Assembly: GCF_035594765.1 (NCBI RefSeq)
Contig: NC_085841.1
Coordinates: 225,773,326-225,837,325 of the forward strand
Origin: Anolis carolinensis
Taxonomy: Eukaryota
Direction: 5' to 3'
Length of the DNA stretch: 64,000 nucleotides
The notes beneath the pieces are model-generated. The model did not search any database. It worked only from the letters and a program-made list of their open reading frames with translations, and was not told the DNA's origin. Positions 37,319-49,642 of this stretch are shown piece after piece. Each line of letters opens with the position of its first letter. Position 1 is the first letter of the stretch. The position numbers were made by a program, and so were the translations under genes.

Positions 37319-38804
37319 CATCAATTTTAGTTATTATCGCACTTTAATATACTGTTTTCTTTACAGGTCATTAAACTAAATATGTAGATTCCTGTCTCAT
37401 TGAAGTACTCAACCCAGTATAGAGCTAGAATACAAAGAAACTCATTTTGTCTACATACCTAACAAAATCAACTGTCAGTTTGATCCAAAAACCACTGAAT
37501 CAGATCTGCTATTGGAACATCAATGCTTTTTTTCTTACAATATTCATGACCATTTTCCAGTTTTCAACTATATAATATAAAAACCAATTTGAAAAAAAAT
37601 GCAGTCATGCAGAAAGAACACAAAGAATTAAAGAGTATAAAATTATATCAAATTGCCTTGCTTTGCACAAGGAGCACTAATAGTGCAGGGAAATAATAAG
37701 TCATTCAGATCGAGCCACTGTGCAAGAATACGATATATCAAAAAAATATAGAGGGATAGTAAATTAAACTTGTAAATTATGCTTTTGTGCTAAAGTACTA
37801 GGGCATGTGACCAAGCTATATTTAGAAACATAGGATATTTTCCTGGAGTGCTGTTCTTAAAGTTGTTTACTGAAACATTCAGGAAATAATCAACAATTTC
37901 ATGAAAATTCTGCCATTAAAGAGTACTCTTTGCATAATTGGTAACCTATTAATGCAAAATTAACTATTGAGAACCTTCTTGAAACTCTGTATTAGTGTAA
38001 ATGAGTTCATTTTATCTAACTATCATGAAGTTGTTTACAAAAAGATTCCAGTGGAGCTTTACCTATTGAATGCCTAATGCTGCAGTCATACAACTTATCC
38101 CTCAGAAGCTCCCAATGAATTAGACTGAAAAAAATAAGCAAAGTCCAAAACTCTTCCCTGTACCAATAAGCAGTGCAGAAAAGTCCATCTGATTTTGTCT
38201 TTAATAACTGAAGTATCCAGGAGCAGAAGTCAAGGGCAGTAATGGCCACAGAATCATTACAACTATTTACATGTATTTGCATTTCATAAATAAATATGAA
38301 TAATTGTGAATTTTTGGGAAAGATCTCCATATATGATGCTAATTCTGGTTCTATCTTATATGAATTTAAGAATTCACTCCTAAATCGATACAAATACTGC
38401 ACAATACTTAAGTTAAGTTAAATTAAGGAGGCAAAAGACAGTAAGCATTGCAAATGGAACTCTGTAGTACATTTAGTCCTGAAAAATAAAGGGTGAAAGG
38501 AATTTGTGTGGAAGAACTGAGTATCCAGAAATAAAAATGCACAATCATTTGCAATGCTCTCAATGTCAAAACCAGGAACATTACTTATTCCAATTACCTC
38601 CATTATCAAACAAATTAAGGACATTATCACACATGTCCTAAAATGGGTTCTTCCATGGTAAGCCCATCTTGGCTAAGACAGGAACATGCCTGTCTAGCAC
38701 CTTTTCTTATTGAACAAATCCTTTTTGCAGGCGCTTTGAGCTTGTTTACCGCATGTGCAGGAGGGTGGCTCCTCCTCATCTGTGCTGTCTCCATCTTCAT
38801 ACAC

Positions 38805-39815
38805 CGTTGTCGTCTCACTCATTCAGTCGTTTTCAACTCTTTATGACCTCATGGACCAGTCCACGCAGAGCTCCCTGTCGGCCGTCACTGCCCCCAGTTC
38901 CTTCAAGGTCGAGCCAGTTACTTCAAGGATACCGTCCATCCATCTCGCCCTTGGTCGGCCTCTCTTCCTTTTTCCTTCCATTTTCCCCAGCATCATGATC
39001 TTCTCCAAGCTTTCCTGTCTCCTCATGATGTGGCCAAAATACTTCAACTTTGCCTCTAATATCCTTCCCTCCAGTGAGCAGTCGAGCATTATTTCCTGGA
39101 GGATGGACTGGTTGGATCTTATTGCGGTCCAAGGCACTCTCAGGATTTTCCTCCAGCACCAAAGTTCAAAAGCGTCTATCTTCCTTCACTCAGCCTTCCT
39201 TATGGTCCAGCTCTCGCATCCATAGGTCACTATGGGGAATACCATTGCTTTCACTATGCGGACCTTCGTTGCCAGTGTGATGTCTCTGCTTTTCAGTATT
39301 TTATCGAGGTTGGCCATTGCTCTCCTCCCAAGAAGTAGACGTCTTCTGATTTCCTGGCTGCAGTCTGCATCTGCAGTGATCTTCGCGCCTAGAAATTATT
39401 ATTATTATTTGTTATTTACAGCATTTATATTCCGCCCTTCTCACCCCGAAAGGGACTCAGGGCGGATCACACTACACATATAGGCAAACATTAAATGCCT
39501 TTTAACATAGAACAAAGACAAACAAACATAGGCTCCGAGCGGGGCTCAAACTCATGACCTCCTGGTCAGAGTGATTCATTGCAGTTAATTGCACTGGCTT
39601 GCTCTCCCGCCTGCGCCACAGCCCGGGCTGTCACGGCCTCCTCGTTTTCTCCCTCTATTTGCCAGTTGTCAATTGGTCTGATTGCCATGATCTTGGTTTT
39701 CTTGATGTTTAACTGCAACCCAGCTTTTGCACTTTCTTCTTTCACCTTGGTGATAAGGCTCCTCAGCTCTTCCTCGCTTTCGGCCATCGGAGTGGTATCA
39801 TCTGCATACCTAAGG
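38805..39815 (-). mobile_element. RTE-BovB LINE 3' fragment interrupted by a SINE
   Basis: Minus-strand peptides LRYADDTT-like, AESEEELRSL...AGLQLNIKKTKIM and LKYFGHIMRRQESLEKIMMLGKMEGKRKRGRPRARW. Confidence 0.93.
39396..39628 (-). mobile_element. tRNA-derived SINE with L2-type tail
   Basis: 5' GCCCGGGCTGTGGCGCAGGCGG (A box), B box gagtttgagcc, tail ...gagtccctttcggggtgagaagggcggaatataaat-(aat)n. Confidence 0.88.
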
Positions 39816-40414
39816 TGGTATCATCTTCATACATGCCCCCCCCCCTAATTTTTTAAAGGATAAGATAAGAACAGTTGAACTTTTAGAGTCTGTGCACCAC
39901 TGAGCTGTCCTCTTTTCAGTTTCAAAGCTTCAGTGATATGCATATTAACTTTTTTTTTAATGAGCACATTGCAATGTTTTGGTATTGTGTTTATTTGGCA
40001 ACTGGGAGGTGTATTTGAAGGGTTTTTTTTTTTTGGCTTTCATAAGAGTCAAAAGCATGCACAAGTGGAGAGTTCTGAAAAATAGTCTGGCCTTGAAAGA
40101 AAAGAAAACTGGGAGTGATCAGGGGAAGAGAAAGGATTGTTCTTCCTTTGCAGCTGAGAAGGAGAGTATTTGGACTATCTGGGGGAAGGAGGAGAAAGGG
40201 TTACTTTTTGTTTTTTGCAGGTGGGAAGGATAGAGATTGAACGATCAAAGCAGAAAAGGTTGTTTTTTTTCCTTTGCAGCTATGAAAAAGCAGGCACAAA
40301 CTGGGGGGGGGGGGGAGGCAGCATAGGGAATATTTTTCATTAAATACAACTTCGACATGACGTGAAACTTGGTTTGGGATGAGGTTAAAATGTGGTAAAT
40401 GTGCATCTCTTATC

Positions 40415-40492
40415 TGGAATACCACAATCCAAATTCCAAAGTACAAAACATTTCTGGTCTCAAGCAGTTTGGATAAGGGATACTCAATCTGT
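40415..40492 (-). mobile_element. Tigger-like terminal fragment
   Basis: Reverse complement CAGATTGAGTATCCCTTATCCAAA resembles Tigger/MER46-type TIRs. Confidence 0.5.
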
Positions 40493-40529
40493 GTTGATAA
40501 ATCTTGTGAAAGCATAAAGAACAAAATTT

Positions 40530-40815
40530 GTTGTTAACTGATGTCATGTAAGCTTTGACTTATGGTGATCTGACAAATAAAAGACCTCCAAGTCACCCTG
40601 TTAAAACCCTGCTCAAGTCCTGCACACCCAGTACTATGGTCTGCATCTGTAATGTCTTCTACCTTACCAAGTGCTATTGTCTTTTCTAGTGAGACATGTC
40701 TTCTCATGATATATCCAAAGTACAATAATCTCAGGTTAGTTACATATCTTGGCTTCTTGGAAGCATTCAGGCTTGATTTTCTCCAAACCCCACTAATTTG
40801 TCTTTTAGAAGTCCA
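40530..40815 (-). mobile_element. Old RTE/BovB-related fragment
   Basis: YFGYIMRRHVSLEKTIALGKVE in ORF 40534-40818. Confidence 0.7.
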
Positions 40816-42582
40816 CACAGTTCCTATGTAAAGTACAAGGCAAGGAAGACTGAGGTGAATGTCATATATGAGCCCTCAAACATACTCTTCACTTCCCATC
40901 CAATCGACAATTTTACTTACAGTCTATCTCTGCCTTTGTTTCCAGAGAAACTCAAGGAATATTCAAATCAAAGTGCTTCCAGGGGAAGACATGACAGGGG
41001 TTCTTAATACAAGCTAAATATTCTTGGATAAAGAATTATCATAATGCTTAAATTTGTTTTGCTTTCAGAAAAGGCATAGCTGCTACTCAGGCATTCTTGA
41101 AGCCATATCCGCAACCTGGAACCTCACATTCCCTCAACTCCCAAACACTTTTTTGACCCTGACATTTTCCAAGTTTTTTTTTTTTGCCTTACTTTTATTT
41201 GGTCAAACCTCATTCCTTGTTCAGAAATTTGCATCCTGTCCAGAGCAGGATGCTATAACGGGGACTTGGTGTCAGGTCTGCTGAAACAAATGTGCAGCAG
41301 CAATACTTAGCCAACTGAATCTATAAATTCAAACTATAGGTGCATTTTAAATAAGCCAAATGTTTGCTACAAATCCATTCTTATCTTCAAATAACTCTGC
41401 CCTTTTAAATCTTCTATATATATAATAAAAGTGAAATCGGAGTATGTATCAGCGTTTTGACTGGCCTGGCGGAATATGCGCTCGCGTTTTGATTGGCCTC
41501 GCAGAATATGGATCAGCTTTCTAATTGGCCAGCCGGAATATGGGCCAGCTCTGATTGGCTGCCACTTTCACAGGCCACTGGGATCGCTGAGGGAAAAACT
41601 ACTACCAACTGGCTTCGTTCGGCCTACTTCTCTCCTCAGAACGATGCTAGCTCTGGGAGAGTTAACAGCCTCGGCCTACACTTTGGTAGCCTCGGCTTAC
41701 ACTTTGGTAATCCAAAACACCACTGCCACCACCAGAAAGGCCGGACCTGGACCAAACCTGACACACATCACCCCATGAACCCACTGACAACGGATGGCCC
41801 CCTTTGGCCCCTCTGCTGACATGTTTAAGGCCTTCCAGGCTGGCCCCTCGCTGCTAGGCCGAAAAGGAAGATGCCATCTTGCCTCAGCTTTCAACTTCTT
41901 TGTAAGGCCCTACTTGCCTCAAAAGACAGCAGAGAACATTGTTATTATCTTTTTAACGATATGCTTATGAACACTTCTAGCCCCCAAAGCCCCAATCCAA
42001 GCCTCCTTTGATCATTTTGCTAACACATTTCAGGCCTTGCAGCCTGGCTCCATTGTGCTAGGCCGCAAAAGAGGCAGCCATCTTCCCTGTTCCACATGGT
42101 TCCAAACAGCAGCTTTTGCCTGTGTCTTTTGGATACAGCACTCTCCTTCAACAAGGTAAGGCGGCAGTACGTAAATACTATTCACAGCAGACTAAAGAGA
42201 AAATAATGACTATCTTTTTATTCTTTCCTTTTAAGGATCGTTTACTCCCCCCCCCCCCCCCAGTTTTTACTGAGGCAAAAAACTACCACAGAGCAGGCTT
42301 TGGCCTACTCACTCTAACAGGCCTGACACATACAGTCCCCATGGCCTACTACACATCCGGGCCCTGTTTGGAGTGGGATGGACCATGGATGATGGACTTG
42401 CATATGGGAGTTGTAGTTCACCTGCCCCACTGAACCCTGCTATTATGTTTTATTTATATGGTGGATGTTAGCACGTGGCTTAATGACCTTGCAAGCCACT
42501 TTGGGTCCATTGCAGAAAGGCGGGGGAGAAATATCAGAATTAAATAAATACATAAATAAATAAATGTCTCAATGGTATGTAT

Positions 42583-42920
42583 GGTTGGAATGACCTTCTG
42601 TCGGGAGGGCTTGAATGGTCTCTTCCTTTGTGGCAGAAGGGGCTGGACTGGATGACCTTCAAAGACCCCTTTCAAATCTAGGACTCTATCTATCTCCCAA
42701 TCGTATGTATGACTGGATGGCCATCTGTCAGGAGGGCTTGGATGGTGTCTTCCTTTACAGCAGAAGGGGCTGGACTGGATGACCTTCAGAGACCCCTTTC
42801 AAATCTAGGACTCTCTCTAGCTCCCAATCGTATTTATGACTAGATGGCCATCTGTCGGGAAGGCTTGGATGGTATCTTCCTCCATGGCAGAAAGGGGTTC
42901 GACTAGATGGCCTTTGGGGC
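42583..42920 (+). repeat. About 2.7 tandem ~128-bp copies of a CR1-like 3' end inside the Helitron
   Basis: gatggccatctgtc...gggcttg...gcagaaggggctggactggatgacctt repeated; resembles the CR1 tail at 21920-22010. Confidence 0.75.
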
Positions 42921-42989
42921 CTTTAAACCAGGCATGGGCCAACTTGGGCAGGTGTTGTGGACTCCAACTCCCACAATTCCAGAGAGCCT

Positions 42990-43810
42990 ACCCCATGATG
43001 CGCTTTATGTCCTGGTGCCGTTTGCAGGATGATGGACCATGGGTGATGGGATATGTAGTACTTTCAATCGCTACGATTCCCACAGACCACTGCGATGCCC
43101 ACCAGTGATGGAACTGGACCAAATTTGGCACACAGATGGGACATGCAGTACCTTCACTCGCTTCTTGAGACCACAGCAACTGCTACATATGACAGAACTG
43201 AACCAAATCTGGTATATATATCCCAAATGACACACTTTATATGTTGCAGCAGTTTGGGGGAGGATGGACCAAGGACGATGGGATTTGCAGTACCTTCATC
43301 CAATTCACCTCCCACAGGCCACTGTGATTCCCATGAATGATGAAACTGTACCATACTTGACACACAGGTGCAATGTGGCCCCCTTTACGCCCTGGTCCAG
43401 TTTGGCGCAGGGTGGGCCATGGATGATGGGATTTGCAGTACCCTCACCCAATTCACCTCCCATGGACCACTGTGATACCCATGAAAGATGAAACAGTACC
43501 ATACTTGACACACAGGTGCAATGTGACACAATTTATGTCCTGGTGTGGTTTGCAGGAGAATGCACCAAGGATGATGGGATTTCCAGTACCTTCATCCAAT
43601 TCACCTCCCACAGACCACTGTGATGCCCATGAATGATGAAACTGTACCAAACTTGACACACAAGTGCAATGTGGCCAGCTTTAAGTCCTCCTGCCGTTTG
43701 AGGAAACAACTGACCAGGGAAGATGGGATTTACAGTACCTTCACTCACTTCCTCAGACCACTGCAACCCACACCAATGACTGATCAAGATCAAACTTGAC
43801 ACATTGCGTC
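42990..43810 (+). repeat. ~148-bp minisatellite array inside the Helitron
   Basis: gatgggattt(g/c/a)cagtacc recurs at 43277, 43425, 43573 and 43722, with diverged units upstream. Confidence 0.88.
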
Positions 43811-44521
43811 CCCATGACCTACTTTACATCCTGGCGCTATTTGGAGGGGGATGGACCATGGACTTACATATGGGAGTTGTAGTTCACCCATACCAATTGA
43901 AGACAACTGACACTGGATCGAGACTAAACTTGGAACAAAGGCAAACAATTCCATTCTCAAATAACCCGGGCACCGCCGGGCCCCCAAGCTAGTAATGTAT
44001 AAAGTTAATAGAAGAGGTACATATACATGACCGACTCAGTTCACTACTCAAATCTTAGAAACTCTCACCTACAGGACAACTAATAAACAAACTTTTCTTT
44101 ATATTGACCATAGAGTTGTACTAGAAAACTAGGAGAATATTTTTTAATCAAATCTGCAAAGTCAAACCTGCCAGTGTGGAGAGATGGCAGTATACTACCC
44201 TTGGGGATAGCAAGTAAACATACCTTTTAAGACCTTTTAAAATATATATTTGAAATGAAGTGCAAGTAATTTGAATTTTTGTAACAGACAGCAAAGATAC
44301 AGGTTTGTTTTGTTTTTTTTCCAAACGGTTACCATTACATACCTGCTTCATTTATTCCAGTAACCACTCTATATGGCAAGGGATACTAAATGGTTAGTGT
44401 CAATTTTTCAAAATGTATGGTTACACTGGGATCTGAAACTGGGCCTTCCTGAATTTCTGTCCAGTATTTAAAATGTTTCTTTATGCTGGCTCTCAGTTTA
44501 AAGCAGAGTTTCATTGTATAT

Positions 44522-45752
44522 AAGACTGCTGTTTACTTGCTTTTTCTTGCTGTTCAGTCAATTTAAAAAATGTATCACTTGTAATTTATTTTTTTTAATA
44601 TCAATGCACGGTACTTTGTTTTACATCGTGAGGACAAAATATTTCTGTTTGGAAGGATAATGTTAAAATGTTTCAGTGGATTGCTGGCTGAAAACAGGTC
44701 CTTAAAAATATCAAAATGATATTATGGGCCAGAAACATAGATAGACCCATTCAAATGTATGAATGGGAATCAATTTGGAACAAAAAAATTAAATATACGT
44801 ATTCAGTAGACATGAAAGAAAATTGGCTTAAACTTATACATAGGTGGTACTTAACACCTAAAAAAATAGGTCATATATATAAGAACGTAAACAATAAATG
44901 CTGGAGGTGCAAAGCCCAAACAGGATCTTACTTCCATATGTGGTGGAAGTGTAAGAAATTGGACAGATTTTGGACTACAATTTTGGAGGAGAGCAATGAC
45001 ATATTAAAGACAAAATTCGTAAAAAAAAACCCCGAATTACTCCTGTTGGGCCTCTATGACCCCAAGGACAGAATTGACTCTAATACCGACAAACTTTTCA
45101 ACTTTTTTATTACCGCAGCAAGGCTCCTAATAGCAAGACTCTGGAAATAGACGCAAGCACCGACGAAAGAACAATGGTTGGACAAATTGATGGAAATTAA
45201 GAACATGGACCAATTATCTTTTTTGATCAGGAGAAGTAACGGCAATACACTGAAAGCTACTGACTGGTCTAATTTTGAGGACTACTTAAGGAATAAATAT
45301 ATAAAGGAAAAATGATTGACTTAACGAACTGAGAAGAACAAAATCGGAAGTCAAACCACCTACCTCCCCAACCCCACCTCCCCTCCCCTATAGTGTTCAC
45401 CCCCTCACCTTTAAACCCTAAACCCATTCTCTCCCCCTACCCTATTCATGTGTATTCTCCAACTCATCCCCATCCCTAAAAGTGTTACTGTTTGTTTTCC
45501 TTGTTTGTCTCTTTTTTTGAGGAAAATCACAATAAAAATTATTTCAAAAAAAAAAAAGACTGCAGTTTACTTGCTTTTTCTTGCTGTTCAGTCAATTTAA
45601 AAAATGTATCACTTGTAATTTATTTTTTTTAATATCAATGCACGGTACTTTGTTTTACATCGTGAGGACAAAATATTTCTGTTTGGAAGGATAATGTTAA
45701 AATGTTTCAGTGGATTGCTGGCTGAAAACAGGTCTTTAAAAATATCAAAATG
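44522..45752. repeat. 197-bp direct repeats (44522-44718 and 45556-45752) flanking the L1
   Basis: aagactgc.gtttacttgc...aaaaatatcaaaatg on both sides; two mismatches seen. Confidence 0.95.
44719..45555 (+). mobile_element. 5'-truncated L1 LINE (ORF2 C-terminus with CCHC knuckle, 3'UTR, polyA)
   Basis: KLIHRWYLTP...CWRC...HMWWKC; internal TAG at 45148-45150, then the frame continues (PTKEQWLDKL...DWSNF) to ~45315; AATAAA at 45531, A tail 45546-45557. Confidence 0.93.
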
Positions 45753-46155
45753 TCTGCCAACTTAACTGGAATAGACATGGAAGCATACTTTTTTCTCTTT
45801 TATGCGTGTAGTTCTGTCTGTAATGTAAAATTGGTAGAGAAAATAAAAAAATTGAATGATACAACTTAATATCTTGCATGCTTAAATTGTTAAACTACCT
45901 TGCTTCATCAATAGTATTGTCATTTTATTTGTCAAATACAGTATGTATTTGCAAGATGAAATTGAGTGCTCCCCTTCAATTTTACATTTCAAAGGTACTC
46001 CATGACTGAAAGTTGAGAATCTTTGGTTTATAGCTATGCATATATTGAGAACCAGTCTAGTGTTATGATCAGCATTGGTCTGGCCTTAAGAGTTCAAGTC
46101 CCCATCAAATCATGAAAATCACTGAGCAAACTTGGGTTAATCATTATCACTTAGC

Positions 46156-46265
46156 AGGAGGAGGAGGAGGAGGAGGAGGAGGAGGAGGAGGAGGAGGAGG
46201 AGTTGTAGAAGAAGGAGGTGGAGGGGGAGGAGAAAAAGAAGAAGGAGATGGAGAAGGAGAAGAAA
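46156..46265. repeat. (GGA)n/(GAA) purine-rich microsatellite abutting an L2-type tail
   Basis: Directly visible. Confidence 0.93.
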
Positions 46266-46267
46266 AA

Positions 46268-46360
46268 GACTTTATTTATATTTCGCCCTATCTCCCCGAG
46301 GGGACTCAGGGCGGATTCCAACAAACAAAAAAGGCAAACATTCAGTGCCTGAGTACAACA
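46268..46360 (-). mobile_element. L2-type 3' tail fragment (similar at ~48085-48280, 54030-54200, 58965-59365, 62335-62790)
   Basis: tttat...cgccctatctccccgaggggactcagggcgg stem-loop next to a microsatellite tail. Confidence 0.65.
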
Positions 46361-48280
46361 ACAAATACGAATATAATAGCCCAAAATAACCCCACTTATG
46401 AAAACGACATCATACAGATTTCATGAGAATCAAATCAGAAGAAAGAGAAATGTCCACTACCTTGAGCACACTGTTGAAGTGAATGTATATACCTATATAA
46501 CCCACTACTTAATCCAAAATACAACAAAAGATTTTTGTTAAAAAGTTACAGAGTACACTTCATATAGGTAGCAGGATTCACACAAGAACCTCTGCAATTA
46601 TATCATGAAAAATGTCTAGACATCAACTATGATATACACATAGATCATAGTTCACATGTAAGCTTAGTAAGCAACAAATTGTATGAAGCCACATACTGGT
46701 CCAAAAAGTTTAGGAAACATACAAGACATATAATATTATAATTTCTTCCCTTTAATGCCTTGAACTTTAACATGAAAACATTTTCAGAATTTAGAGTACA
46801 GATGAAAAGAGATTCATTTTCAACAAGAAAAAGAACTCTGTTCTGTTCAGCTTATAATAGTAGCATTAGCATACTTTAAAAAGACTAGCATGTGTTCAGA
46901 TCCTCTTTGGTATTTTGACATTAAAAAAGAAATACAATGATGGACTCCATCTGGATTCCATTACTTTTCTCCATATCAGTGAACCTACCCTGCAGCATGC
47001 TGTGTACCCTAAAAACCTGCCCCAGATGGCTCAGAAACACCCAGGTACAAAGTTCTGGCATTTCAGCAAGCTGCATTGAGCAGAAAGAGAAGAAAAACCC
47101 AGATTCATTGTTGTTATATATCAAAGTACATTGTTGAATCATCACCCAAATTTACACTATGGTTGAAGTCCTATGAAATATATTAATATTATTTATCTGA
47201 AAGAAGACATGTACACAGGAAAAATGTAACACACTTCAAAAAATATTAAATAATTAGAAAACCACCTATATACACCCAGTGGCCAACTGGGAGTATATAG
47301 GAAGTGACCTGGCAAGCTATTTAGGATTTTGTACTGATTAAAAGACGAGAATGAAGTTTAGTATTTCAAAGACAGCCAGCACAGTGCTTTCAAGATACAA
47401 ATAATAAATACATACATGAATGATCCACCAAGTACTCAAGCTGCTGAATTTTCCACTAGTTGCAGCTTACTAACTAGGCACAAGGGCAATCTTATAAATA
47501 GCTCATTGCAACACTGTAATGATGAGGTTGCTTACTTGGGATGATACCCCACTGAGCACAGATTCAATCCACACAATGGTACTCATTTTGTATTTTTAAG
47601 TCACCTGTCGACTTAATGTCAACCCTATGAATTTCATAGGGTTTTCTCAGACAAGGAATATTCAGATCTAGTTTTGCCAGTTCCTTCCTCGGAATATAGC
47701 CTACAGCACTTTGTATTCTTTGGTGGTGTCCCATCCAATTATTAACAAAGGTAAGTTGGGATTTGGTGCCTTTAAGATATTTAAGCCCCTCACTCCCAAG
47801 TTTTTTTTGTTTGTTTTTTCATGTCAGGAGCAACCGTAGTTGCTTCTGGAGTGAACAATGCTAAAATTGAGCTGTTAGAAAAGACAGGTGCTGTCATATT
47901 AGTAGGTCAAATTATTTCAGTTGAAAAGAAATTCTCCAAAATTACAATATTTGAAAATCCCCTTAACTGCAAGATTTTGATCAGTATCTGACTCATAAAA
48001 TCAAAAGCAATATAATTTATCCCTTATCTCAAATTAACTACTGGGCTTTGACAAGACTACTAGTAAAATACATGTAGCATGTAAGTAAAAGTAAGTAAAG
48101 TAAAAGTTTATTTGTATACCGCCCTCTCTCCCAAGAGGGACTCAGGGCGGTTTCCAATATAAAATCAGCATAAAACATTGTACAATAAAACACTGAAACG
48201 CTATAAAACGCTATAAGAATACAAAGAAAAAAAACATAACAATTGACTAAAACAATCACATAAACAGAAACAATATAATC

Positions 48281-49003
48281 CAGGGGTCCCCAAACTTTTT
48301 ATGCAGAGGGCCAGTCCACAATCCTTCAAACTGTTGAGGGGCCAAATTATCATTTGAAAAAAAATACAAACAAATTCCGATGTACACTACACATATCTTA
48401 TTTGTAGTGCAAAAATAACAACAAGAACAATGAAATAACAGTGAAAGAGCAATACAATATTTAAAAATAAAAACAATTTTAACCAACATACATTTATCAG
48501 GATTTCAATGGGAAGTGTGGGCCTGCTTATGGCCAATGAGATAGTCAAGTTAATTAGGATTGTTGTTCTTGTTGTTGTTGTGTGCCATCAAGTCATTTCA
48601 GACTTTGGGCGAGCCTAAGCATAAAATTTATTTATTTATTTATTTACTATATTTATTTACTACATTTGTATCACACCCTTCTCACCCCAAAGGGGACTCA
48701 GAGTGGCTTACAAATTATATGTACGTACAGTATGTTATATTATTAGCATAGCACACTATTAGCATTATATATTACTATATTGAACTATACCACTATACTG
48801 TAATATTATTAGTAATAAATAATATATAATTAATACTATTTTATGGTATTATTATTATTAGTGTTATTTTGTATTCCATTATAATATTATTATCAATATT
48901 ATATGTATATACAATATATTATATTATAAAACTGAGAGCGGGGCCAGGTAAATGACCTTGGAGGGCCGCATCCGGCCCCCGGGCCTTAGTTTGGGGACCC
49001 CAG
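48281..49003 (-). mobile_element. hAT non-autonomous element, same family as 27673 and 28459
   Basis: TIRs CAGGGGTCCCCAAACT...AGTTTGGGGACCCCAG; perfect 8-bp TSD atataatc. Confidence 0.92.
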
Positions 49004-49642
49004 ATATAATCACTCAAATAACATATGAATCACAGAAAAAAGGCTGCATGCACAAGATCTGCATTTTGTAATCTTTTTTTAAATGTATATGTTCTTCTGA
49101 ACTTTTAAGACCCCTTTCTTAAGAAAAAAAAATCACCCTTTGACTTTTTTCTTAAGACAAGTCTCAGTCAAGTTGCATGAATAAGGAGTGATGGATACTA
49201 ACCTGGGGTAGATCAGACAACAGGGCACAGAACCAATATTCACTGAACATTTGAACCTTTTTGTGTATTATGAAAACAGCAAAGCAGAAGTGACCTGGCA
49301 AAGGCAGTACATGAAAGTGTCCAGCTGAGTCCTGTTACTTCTCTAGCATGGAGATTCATAAGCAACATTTTTGCAGGTCCACTTGTTGCAATAACACAGC
49401 AACATTATATTTCTGACCACACTATGATTCTCCTTTTAATGTCACACTCGACCAGCTAGATGTTTCTACAGACATACACAAATAGCTGCTTGTTATGATC
49501 TAGCAATCACATAGTTCTGGACAAATATATTCACTGAAATGCATATAATTTTTCTTCCTGGGGATATGAAATTGTCTGCCATGAAAAGTGCTGTCAACTG
49601 TAACCTGAAGAATTAAACCACTCAATTTGGGTTTATAATACA

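Larger units (their letters stand above)
41410..43992 (+). mobile_element. Non-autonomous Helitron (second family) with internal minisatellites
   Basis: Starts a|TCTTCTATATATATAATAAAAG, ends hairpin CCCGGGCACCGCCGGG then CCCCCAAG-CTAG|t; inserted between A and T. Confidence 0.85.

Noticed and set aside
39540-39628. tRNA gene (A and B boxes)
   Set aside because: It is the head of a multi-copy SINE; no cloverleaf can be formed.
42836-43992. Cluster of short overlapping ORFs; repeats superficially CRISPR-like
   Set aside because: Units are contiguous ~148-bp minisatellites without unique spacers, in eukaryotic Helitron DNA with no cas genes.
44716-45150. Host zinc-finger gene
   Set aside because: It is the L1 ORF2 C-terminal CCHC region with an internal stop and polyA tail.
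46112-46426. Poly-Gly/Glu ORF
   Set aside because: Translation of a (GGA)n microsatellite plus an L2 tail.
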